Positions 17,677 to 26,042 of a DNA stretch of 64,000 nucleotides are shown here, piece by piece (positions within the stretch are counted from its first letter, which is position 1; every line of letters starts with the position of its first letter). A program made the translations under genes and the position numbers. This stretch comes from an uncultured Candidatus Bathyarchaeia archaeon. Its GTDB lineage: Archaea > Thermoproteota > Bathyarchaeia > Bathyarchaeales > DTEX01. The notes under the pieces were generated by a model. It was not told the origin of the DNA and did no database searches. It saw nothing but the letters and a program-made list of their open reading frames with translations. The DNA is taken from assembly GCA_964513245.1 (NCBI GenBank), contig CAZELO010000012.1:2282-66281 (forward strand), given 5' to 3'.

Positions 17677-18187
17677 CGTTCTTTCGACAGTTATGTAGAT
17701 TTTGGTGTTCTTCAGGGTTTTGGATCTTGCTTCAGTGCCTAGGCTTCAGTGTTTTCATTAACGGTGAGAGTTGGGGGTTGTCCTTTGAGGAGCTGATGCT
17801 TTGGCTTGGAGAAAGAGCTGAAGGGAGGTGCTGTTGAATTAGATGTTTTCTATGGTCTTTTCTGTCAAAAAACAAAAATGTCTCTTAATAGAGTTCGAAC
17901 CTCGCCCGGTCCACATCAAGATAGTTCCTTTTCGGAAAAACAGATTGAATTTGGGTTTTTCTGCTGAGACTACTTTTCAAGGAGTACAGTATAACAGTAT
18001 CTTGAAGTTCAAAGAGGATATCTTAACAGACCTCAGAGAATTCATGATGGTGAACATGCGTCTCGGACCTGAAATAGTCAAACAAACGATTGAAGACACA
18101 AGCAGGTTCATTAGAAGCTCTAATCCAGCTGTAACCAGCCAAGCAATCTCTCTATCTGCTCGCGGCTGCTCATACATTTAGCTCCTC

Positions 18188-18197
18188 GATATATATC
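18188..18197 (+). promoter_or_regulatory. TATA-like element upstream of the first giant ORF
   Basis: GATATATATC lies ~50 nt upstream of GTG 18248 (~115 nt upstream of the alternative TTG 18311). Confidence 0.25.
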
Positions 18198-18247
18198 TCA
18201 TCGCAATAGCTTTTGGCACCTTTGGACGTAGCGAAGTCACATTACAC

Positions 18248-21200
18248 GTGAGCACAAGTATTATAAATAATCTCGGCACAACATTATTTTGTTGTAGGGG
18301 TTGCCGAAATTTGAATGGGAAATCAAGTATTATTCTGTTATTGGTCGTTTTGTTCTTGGGTTCTCTGTTTGTTGGGGGAGAAACTAACTTTGTTTCTGTA
18401 GCCAAAGGTGACGGGGACGTTTTTGATGTTTACTATTTCTATGGGCAGGAATGTCCTTCCTGTGTAAGAGTTGAGCCTTTTCTTGACGAGATTGAGCAGA
18501 AATATCCTTTGCAGATTCATAAGTTTGAAATTTTTAACAATGAAGAATATCTCTCGCTTTTCAATGACTACTGTACTAAGTACGGTGTCCCTTCGGAGAA
18601 TAGGGGAGTTCCTACAGTCTTTGTCTCCGATGCCTACTTTGTTGGTGCTCTTCAGATTTTTAGTGGCTTTGAAGAAGGCGTTAAGACGGCGTTGAAGGAG
18701 GATCCTAGATTTCTGAGTCAAGAAGAGGCACCTGCAGTCAGCAGCCCATCCACCTTCACTGTTATTGTCACCAGTTCAATTCAAATGTTCTTACGTAGTT
18801 TCCAAGCAGTCGGCCTACCGCTGTTGGCCATCGCGTTCTCATATCTTGCTCTTTCCTTTGTGAAGCGGAAGAATTTAGGGGGCAAGTTGACGGGCGTTTC
18901 TGGACGCGGGCTTCTGTTGATTTCTCTATCCCTTTCGACTGTATTCCTTGTTACTGTCACAGGTCTTTGGACTGGGCACGCTGGGATTGTTTCAGATGAG
19001 GTTTCTCCTGTAGCCGAGCAGCAAACAGATGTTAGTCCCGTTGATAGGTCGCCGAGCTTGGACATTTCAGCCTTGAATGCTGAGGCTGAACCAGACCGAA
19101 GATGTTCTAATTCTACCTGCACGACTTGTGGCGTTGATTCGGGGGGAGATGGTTCATCAAAGAACAGCGGCGTTACCTACGATTCTCAGGGCATAGTTAC
19201 TCTCGCTTCTCAATCTTCTAGTGTAGAAAGTTTCATAACAGATACGGGTCCAGAATTAGACTTCTATCAACCGTGCGATGGCGGAGATAATCTGATTGTA
19301 TTTTCCATAGAGATTTTTGATATAAATATTACTGAGATAAAATCAGCCACTCTCACTTTAAGAGTTTGGGATGTGGACATACCAGGCACATCCTCATGTG
19401 GACCTGAAATAGATAATGTTTTCTTCAATGGTGCCTATCTTGGGTACCTGACCGGGGCTAACGGCCAATGGAGTACATGCGCATTTGATGTTGATCCTTC
19501 ATTGGTCGTTGATGGGACCAATATAGTTCAGATTTTTATCGATACAACTGGCTCAGGATGCTGGTGTGTCGAGGTTGACTGGGGAGAATTGGCAGTTGAG
19601 ACAGGGATTGATCTGAAGATAGAATCAAAAGACATCTCTCTATCAACTCCTTCTAGAAGAGGAGAGGAGATTACAGTGACTGCAAAAGTACATAATGTAG
19701 GGGGAAAAGAAGCTAAAAATGTGAAGGTCAAGTTTACAGATACTTTCTTAGGTTCAAAGTTTGGCGAGGAAACTACAATCATACCTTCAATTCCAAGCGG
19801 TGGTGAAGCCGAAACTTCCATAAAGGTAATTGCATGGGACTTGGGCAAACACAAGTATACGGTCGTTGTTGATCCTGATGATGATATTGAGGAGACTGAT
19901 GAAGGAAATAATCGGGCCGAGACCCATACGATCAGTGGCACAATAAAAGAAGCTGTAAGCGGCACTGAACCTCTCAAACGCGTGAAAATAGTATATTCAG
20001 AAAAAGAGGGTGGCACTTGGCAAACTAAGTATACAGATTTCACAGATGATGAGGGAAGATACAACATAATTGTGAATCTGGATGCAATCACAGAAGGAAA
20101 GCCGGGTAGGGTAAATGCAACACTTGAATTTTCCCCTGATTACAAAACCACTAACACCAAAATCAGAGTTATTCATGATTCAGAATGGGGTGCTGCAAGT
20201 GCACCAGCAGCAGCCGCTAAACCATTAACTAAGAGCGTTGATGTTGCCGCTTCTGTAGAAAAAGATACTGACTATCCGAACAAAGACATATCATTCAATC
20301 CACAGGAGGGAGGAAGCACCTATCAAGCAGTTACAAATGCTTATATCTACTTCTCAGGTCGAACAGTTAATTTTGAGCCAGCTGGCAGGCTTGACGTGGA
20401 AGTTGCAGATAACGACTACCACACTTCTTACTATAGTCCCGGAACCAATACTTTGCATCTACATCACACCAGACTTGTTGCAGGTCAGGGATATGGAAAG
20501 CACTCTATTGCACATGAATATGCGCATAGAGTATCTAGTGGCTGGAATATGCCTTACGGGCCGGGCGGTCCTGGCGATGGAACAGGAGAAAACGGTTTAG
20601 ACGAGAATTGGGCTAATTTTGGTTCATGTTTGGCTCGAAATGATCCAGATCCACATGGTAGTGCGGGGTGGGTACTCAACCTCAACACCAACACTATTCT
20701 TGTAACAAATGATAATTACTGGGCTTGGTCGTTGGCTGATGTCTGGTGGGAGCTTGACAGCAGTGCTATAGATGCACCCAATAAAGTCGTTGGAACCTTA
20801 ATGAAATACCATCCCACAACAGTAGAGCAATTCTTTGTTAACTACACAAACGAGTACCCTACAACCAATGTTACTCTGGTGAAAAGGGTTTTTCGTCTTC
20901 ACGGATACAATGTGACCGGCTGGAAGGGTCGCGGAGGCGTTGATCCCTATGTATTCACAGGCGAATATAATGATTATAAAGTCGATGTTGATGGAGACGG
21001 TTTAGCAGATTACCTGAACATCAACGTAGGGGTAGACATCGCAACTGCAGGGAACTATTATGTATACGGATATTTAACGTCGGAAGGGGCAAGTGGTTAC
21101 TGTTTTGCCCTGAATTATTCTTATCTTGATCCAGGGATTCAGAATGTCACTCTTAGTTTTGATGGATTTTGCATTACTCAAAACAAGCTAAACGGTACAT

Positions 21201-24200
21201 ATTCTCTTGTGGATCTGTACTGGGAGAATGAGGATGGCAGCTTAGCTGACTATCGTACAAGTGCTTACAACACGTCAACAAGTTATGACTACAGAGAGTT
21301 TCAGATGGCTGATGTTTTTCCAACAGGCACGTACGCAGATTTTGGCAGAGATACAGATGGAGATGGACTCTACAACTATCTAACCATAGAAGTAGAGCTC
21401 AACGCCACAGCTGAAGGAGAATATCTGATCTACTGGAGCTTACATGATAGCCTTGGAAATCCTATTGCTGATGCTGAAAATTACGCGGCTCTGAGTGTTG
21501 GCGTTCAATCTGTCAATCTCAATTTCGATGGAGTATCTGTATATGCGAACGGCGTGGATGGCCCTTACATTCTAAGCGGTCTCGTTATATTTGATAGCGA
21601 CTATTATCCCATCTACAGTGACCCTACTCCATTTAATACCTCAATGTATAGTTACACAGACTTCCAAAAGCCAAATGCATCTTTTACAACTCCAATAACA
21701 GACTACGGTGCGGATACAGATGGTGATGGACTTTACGACTATCTGATGGTTGATGTAAGTGTAAATGTCACTTCACCCGGCGACTATTCATTAGTCGGGT
21801 ACCTATACGACAACACGGGATACTACATCACCCCCGCAAATAATTATACCATTCTCGATGCGGGGGTGCAAATAGTAGAGCTAGAGTTTTACGGTGAAAG
21901 CATTTACCGAAACAGAGTCAACGGACCGTACAACTTAACATTGGAGCTCTATGATAGTGCAGGTGCTCTCATTGGTAGAATGGCTTATACATCCTCATCT
22001 TACAACTATGCCCAATTCCAAATGATTCAAGAGGACTACTTCAACATCACCTTCGCTGATTATGGAAGAGACACCAATGGCGACACTCTGTTTGATTACT
22101 TGACTATTGAGATGAACATGTCGGCCATTGAATCCGGAATTTATCATTTGAATGGCTACCTTTATGATATAAATGGCAGTCTTGTCGCTTTTGCTGGTAA
22201 TAGCTCTTATGTAAATGACCAAACAACAGTTCAAATTAACTTCGCAGGAAAAGATTTGTGGAAAACCAAGTTTATAAACGGAATGTATATCTTAACTCTT
22301 GAGATATACAATGAGACTTATACAGATCGAATTGAACTAAACAATGTCTATACCACGCAAGCCTATAATTACACTCAATTCCAACCTTCAACAGCCTATT
22401 TCACAGACGTGTATTCTGACCATGGTACCGACACGGACGGGGATGGGTTGCTTGATTATCTAACTGTGGAGGTGGGAGTAAACGTTACCCAATCTGGGGA
22501 CTATACCCTATCTGGGTACCTCTACGATGCAGAGGACAATTATATCGCAGAAGCTCACAATACAACTTTTCTTGCTTCAGGAAGCTCTGTTACATTATAT
22601 TTTGATGGCGTTACGATCTATGCACATCAAGTGGATGGACCTTACAATCTAAAGTATGTTAACTTATACGGTGCTCACGGCACTGAACTAGATTATAGGA
22701 TGGACGCTCACACAACCCAAGCTTATGAGTATACTCAATTCGAAAAATTTCCAGTCATCTTAACCGGCAATTACACAGACTATGGCTCTGACACTGACAC
22801 CGATGGCTTATACAACTTCTTGACCATAACAGCTGAAGTAATTGTGCAGAACTCGGGAACCTATGCCGTGAATGCCAGATTAATGGATCAATTTGGAAAT
22901 GAAATCATATGGGCAGCAAACACCTCTTATCTGTCAGCAGATGAACCACAGTTTCTGGATCTAAACTTCGATGGTAAGTACATCTTTGGAACTCTCGTAG
23001 CTGGTCCATACTATATGAAAGACATCCATGTTTACAACGTGAATAATCCAACTCAATCTGTTAGGGTACACGACGCTTATACAACAGGCTTTTATAACTA
23101 TACCCAATTCGAGCAAGCTGGAATAGTTGAGGGCTATATCACAGATGTTAATGGAACTGGTATAGCTAACTCAATTGTGTCTGGAGGCGGAGATATCGAT
23201 GTCACTAAGCCAGATGGCAGCTACAAACTCATTATCGCAACAGCAGGTAACAAAGAGATCACGGCAACGCCTCCCTATGGAACCAACTTCGTTGCCAATT
23301 CGACTTGGATACAAGTAACTCTAGGGGAGGTCACTATAGCAAATATCACACTGCCTGTGGAAGGGATAATAACTGGTATAGTAACAGATGACGCTCTCAG
23401 CCCAGTAGAAAATGCTGTGGTGTATTGGAGTGGCCCCAGTTCTGGGTCTAATAATACTGATGCCAACGGTCGGTATATGATAAGAGGGTTACTGGCTGGA
23501 ACTTATACCATAACTACTACCCCGCCTTCCGGCACAAATCTGCTGAGGAATGAAACTACTGTAAATGTATCAGCTGGTCTAACCACATATCTTAACATAA
23601 CCCTGCCTATTGGCGGGATACTTACCGGATTTGTCACTGACATAAATGGCACAGCAGTCTATAATGCTTACATCCATGTGAGCGGTCCGAGCTACAGCTC
23701 AGATTACACTGACGAAAACGGAAAATACGAGATAACGAAATTAGAAACAGGAAACTATTCCATCATCACTGATCCGCCTTATGATGCAAACCTATTGCAG
23801 AACTCTACGTACGCCTACATAACAGCAGGAGAGACTACCGTCCTAAACATAACATTGCCCCGCGGCGGAATTATCACTGGTTTTGTTTTTGTTGACGGAA
23901 TACCGCTTGAGGGCATATACATACGTGTCTCCGGTCCTACTTATGCTACAAAATACACCAACATTGACGGAAACTATACATTTACAAGGCTTCCCACAGG
24001 CAATTATACCGTAACCGCTAATCCTTATGGTTCCTACGGCTTAACGACCAATTCCACATCGGCTTGGATAGTAGCTGGCGGAGCCTATGTTATCAACTTC
24101 ACATTAAGCACCCTAAAAGGAGTTATAACAGGTGTTGTTACGATTGGAGGAATGCCACTTGAAGGAGTTACAGTCAATGCTAACTATAGCTCCGATAACA

Positions 24201-25732
24201 CAAACTCATACGGAAGGTATTACATACTAGGTTTGAGCAATGGAACCTACAATGTAACAGCCCAGCCATATTACTACTGGAATCTGACGAGCATCTCAAC
24301 CCTAGAGAACATAACAGAAGGTCAGACAAAAACCATCAACTTTGAACTTGAAACAATCGGAGCAATGCTGACGGGTTTGGTAACCGATGTCAACGGCAAC
24401 CCAGTGGCCAATGCTTACGTTTCTGCAAGCGGTCCAAGCTATGGCTATGATCACACCGACATAAATGGAAGATATTTCATTTTCAATCTTGAAAATGGGA
24501 CGCACACCATTTCAGTTTCACCTTCCGATAATCTCTTGAGTAATTCAACAGATGTCAATACAACAACAGGGACAATAACTACTGCAAACATAATTCTGCC
24601 CACAGGAGGAACCATCACAGGAACCGTTACAGACAACTTGGGTTCACCAGTCAACAATGCCTACGTTTATGTCAGCGGTCCAAGCCAAGGCAATGACCAC
24701 ACAGATATAAATGGCCAATACGAAATCAAGAGGCTGCAGAACGGAACCTACACTGTGTATTTCTCTCCGCCCTCCGGTACAAATCTCTTGTCAAATTCTA
24801 CGGTCGCAAACGTATCTCTTGGAGAAGTCACAAGTGTTAACATGACTTTGCAACAGGGTGGAATCCTCACGGGAATCATAACCGCTGATGGCGCGCCAGT
24901 TGAAGATGCATATGTAACCTCGTCAGGACCGGTCTATAGTAATGACTATTCTAACTCTTCAGGCATGTACGAACTGATCAGATTAAAGACAGGAACCTAC
25001 ACTGTTAAAGTCTACTTACCCCCCAGTTATCTTCTAAACGCTTCGACAACCGTCAACGTCACTATTGGAGAGACAGTCACACTCAATTTCGTATTTCCAA
25101 TTATTGCTGCGGACACGACGAAACCTATAGCCAATGCAGGTGCCAACCAAACTGTTAACGAAGACACCATTGTAACATTCAATGCCTCAGCCTCCTATGA
25201 CGAGAATGACATAGCAAGTTACAATTGGACTTTTACGGATGCAGGCATATTGAAAACCCTAAGTGGCGTGAATCCCAATTACACCTTTCAGACACCAGGG
25301 GTATATACAGTTACTCTGAATATCACGGATCCCGCTGGAAACTGGGCAACAGCCATGGTTTTTGTGACAGTTTTAGACATTACAGAACCTGTGGCGCACG
25401 CGGGGCAAGATCGAACAGTAAACGTAGGCGAATCTGTAACCTTTGACGCAAGCGAATCCACAGACAATGTGGGCATAACCAGCTACGAATGGGACTTCGG
25501 GGACGGAGCCACTGGGGCAGGTATAACAACAACCCATAGTTACACGAACCAAGGGACTTATATAGTAAATCTTACAGTTGAAGACGCAGCAGGCAACACC
25601 GCTTCTCACTCGATAACCGTTACAGCAGTCACACCGACCTTCCCCGTATGGACCATGGGAGCAGCTGCCGCTGCTATTGCAGGAATACTTATCATTATGA
25701 TACTACTGTTGAAGAAAAGAAGCAAAGTATAA
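18248..25732 (+). CDS. giant (2494 aa) membrane-anchored multidomain surface protein: thioredoxin-fold, TM hairpin, CARDB, HExxH region, six ~120 aa DxDGDG modules, eight carboxypeptidase-regulatory-like domains, two PKD domains and a C-terminal TM anchor
   Basis: Uninterrupted 7.5 kb ORF. aa 23-43: hydrophobic signal/anchor (alternative TTG start at 18311 gives MNGKSSIILLLVVLFLGSLFVGG). aa ~55-150: YYFYGQECPSCVRVEPFLDEI...GVPTVFV (Trx fold, CPSC). aa ~188-241: two TM helices with a KRKNLGGK loop. aa ~452-556: CARDB (ITVTAKVHNVGGKEAKNV...VVVDPDDDIEETDEGNN). aa 754-760: IAHEYAH. aa 903-1623: six tandem modules. aa ~1625-2285: eight GxITGxVTDxxGxPVxNAYVxxSGP...TDxNGxYxIxxLxxGTYTV repeats. aa ~2290-2460: two PKD domains (YNWTFTD..., YEWDFGDG...). 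The C-terminus is AAAAAIAGILIIMILLLKKRSKV. Confidence 0.9.
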   Translation: MSTSIINNLGTTLFCCRGCRNLNGKSSIILLLVVLFLGSLFVGGETNFVSVAKGDGDVFDVYYFYGQECPSCVRVEPFLDEIEQKYPLQIHKFEIFNNEEYLSLFNDYCTKYGVPSENRGVPTVFVSDAYFVGALQIFSGFEEGVKTALKEDPRFLSQEEAPAVSSPSTFTVIVTSSIQMFLRSFQAVGLPLLAIAFSYLALSFVKRKNLGGKLTGVSGRGLLLISLSLSTVFLVTVTGLWTGHAGIVSDEVSPVAEQQTDVSPVDRSPSLDISALNAEAEPDRRCSNSTCTTCGVDSGGDGSSKNSGVTYDSQGIVTLASQSSSVESFITDTGPELDFYQPCDGGDNLIVFSIEIFDINITEIKSATLTLRVWDVDIPGTSSCGPEIDNVFFNGAYLGYLTGANGQWSTCAFDVDPSLVVDGTNIVQIFIDTTGSGCWCVEVDWGELAVETGIDLKIESKDISLSTPSRRGEEITVTAKVHNVGGKEAKNVKVKFTDTFLGSKFGEETTIIPSIPSGGEAETSIKVIAWDLGKHKYTVVVDPDDDIEETDEGNNRAETHTISGTIKEAVSGTEPLKRVKIVYSEKEGGTWQTKYTDFTDDEGRYNIIVNLDAITEGKPGRVNATLEFSPDYKTTNTKIRVIHDSEWGAASAPAAAAKPLTKSVDVAASVEKDTDYPNKDISFNPQEGGSTYQAVTNAYIYFSGRTVNFEPAGRLDVEVADNDYHTSYYSPGTNTLHLHHTRLVAGQGYGKHSIAHEYAHRVSSGWNMPYGPGGPGDGTGENGLDENWANFGSCLARNDPDPHGSAGWVLNLNTNTILVTNDNYWAWSLADVWWELDSSAIDAPNKVVGTLMKYHPTTVEQFFVNYTNEYPTTNVTLVKRVFRLHGYNVTGWKGRGGVDPYVFTGEYNDYKVDVDGDGLADYLNINVGVDIATAGNYYVYGYLTSEGASGYCFALNYSYLDPGIQNVTLSFDGFCITQNKLNGTYSLVDLYWENEDGSLADYRTSAYNTSTSYDYREFQMADVFPTGTYADFGRDTDGDGLYNYLTIEVELNATAEGEYLIYWSLHDSLGNPIADAENYAALSVGVQSVNLNFDGVSVYANGVDGPYILSGLVIFDSDYYPIYSDPTPFNTSMYSYTDFQKPNASFTTPITDYGADTDGDGLYDYLMVDVSVNVTSPGDYSLVGYLYDNTGYYITPANNYTILDAGVQIVELEFYGESIYRNRVNGPYNLTLELYDSAGALIGRMAYTSSSYNYAQFQMIQEDYFNITFADYGRDTNGDTLFDYLTIEMNMSAIESGIYHLNGYLYDINGSLVAFAGNSSYVNDQTTVQINFAGKDLWKTKFINGMYILTLEIYNETYTDRIELNNVYTTQAYNYTQFQPSTAYFTDVYSDHGTDTDGDGLLDYLTVEVGVNVTQSGDYTLSGYLYDAEDNYIAEAHNTTFLASGSSVTLYFDGVTIYAHQVDGPYNLKYVNLYGAHGTELDYRMDAHTTQAYEYTQFEKFPVILTGNYTDYGSDTDTDGLYNFLTITAEVIVQNSGTYAVNARLMDQFGNEIIWAANTSYLSADEPQFLDLNFDGKYIFGTLVAGPYYMKDIHVYNVNNPTQSVRVHDAYTTGFYNYTQFEQAGIVEGYITDVNGTGIANSIVSGGGDIDVTKPDGSYKLIIATAGNKEITATPPYGTNFVANSTWIQVTLGEVTIANITLPVEGIITGIVTDDALSPVENAVVYWSGPSSGSNNTDANGRYMIRGLLAGTYTITTTPPSGTNLLRNETTVNVSAGLTTYLNITLPIGGILTGFVTDINGTAVYNAYIHVSGPSYSSDYTDENGKYEITKLETGNYSIITDPPYDANLLQNSTYAYITAGETTVLNITLPRGGIITGFVFVDGIPLEGIYIRVSGPTYATKYTNIDGNYTFTRLPTGNYTVTANPYGSYGLTTNSTSAWIVAGGAYVINFTLSTLKGVITGVVTIGGMPLEGVTVNANYSSDNTNSYGRYYILGLSNGTYNVTAQPYYYWNLTSISTLENITEGQTKTINFELETIGAMLTGLVTDVNGNPVANAYVSASGPSYGYDHTDINGRYFIFNLENGTHTISVSPSDNLLSNSTDVNTTTGTITTANIILPTGGTITGTVTDNLGSPVNNAYVYVSGPSQGNDHTDINGQYEIKRLQNGTYTVYFSPPSGTNLLSNSTVANVSLGEVTSVNMTLQQGGILTGIITADGAPVEDAYVTSSGPVYSNDYSNSSGMYELIRLKTGTYTVKVYLPPSYLLNASTTVNVTIGETVTLNFVFPIIAADTTKPIANAGANQTVNEDTIVTFNASASYDENDIASYNWTFTDAGILKTLSGVNPNYTFQTPGVYTVTLNITDPAGNWATAMVFVTVLDITEPVAHAGQDRTVNVGESVTFDASESTDNVGITSYEWDFGDGATGAGITTTHSYTNQGTYIVNLTVEDAAGNTASHSITVTAVTPTFPVWTMGAAAAAIAGILIIMILLLKKRSKV

Positions 25733-26005
25733 ACGATGATCTTCTATACATTATAATGTATAGTCCCTCATTAACTTTCAAATGTTACCAAGAGCGTTAG
25801 CAACCGAATTGTCATCGAGAATCTAGGACACTAGCAACCGCTTTTAACAATCGTACTAAATAACCGCTATTGGCGTCGTGAATGTAAAAGCAGTATGTCT
25901 CTTCGTAGGATGGGAAAGGGATGACAATTCTATGGGGCGCGATGCAAGGCTTTCAAGTGTGTCATATTCCGATAATCACCATTTACCAGAACCTTGATAG
26001 TGCAG

Positions 26006-26013
26006 TTTTAAAT
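26006..26013 (+). promoter_or_regulatory. TATA-box-like element upstream of the second giant ORF
   Basis: TTTTAAAT ends 29 nt upstream of GTG 26043, compatible with a very short 5-prime UTR. Confidence 0.4.
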
Positions 26014-26042
26014 GCGTGTTGGAAATATGTAATTAGAGTTAA

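Noticed and set aside
17233-17698. Two plus-strand ORFs (82 and 83 aa) overlapping the tRNA gene
   Set aside because: They translate the antisense strand of the tRNA (the ...GAGFEPATSG... signature of a T-arm) and the antisense of the small FRKRK ORF. No independent support.
17891-17913. tRNA 3-prime-half-like string GAGTTCGAACCTCGCCCGGTCCA (plus strand), plus a similar T-arm-like string at 36186-36205 (minus strand); considered as split-tRNA halves
   Set aside because: The T stems have only 3-4 pairs. No complementary acceptor 5-prime strands (ACCGGGC or AGCCTGG) occur nearby. They do not pair with the 5-prime-half-like starts of the family X copies. This is insufficient for a tRNA or split-tRNA call.
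17843-18181. 112 aa plus-strand ORF upstream of giant gene 1
   Set aside because: No motif and odd composition. It contains the tRNA-like fragment, and an antisense ORF of similar quality overlaps it. Left unannotated, although it could still be real.
20954-25103. Tandem periodic DNA (about 360 nt and 250 nt periods) considered as a CRISPR or satellite array
   Set aside because: The periodicity is in-frame protein-domain repetition inside one long ORF. The units are diverged at the DNA level and lack short identical repeats with unique spacers. No CRISPR array or cas gene was seen anywhere in the window.
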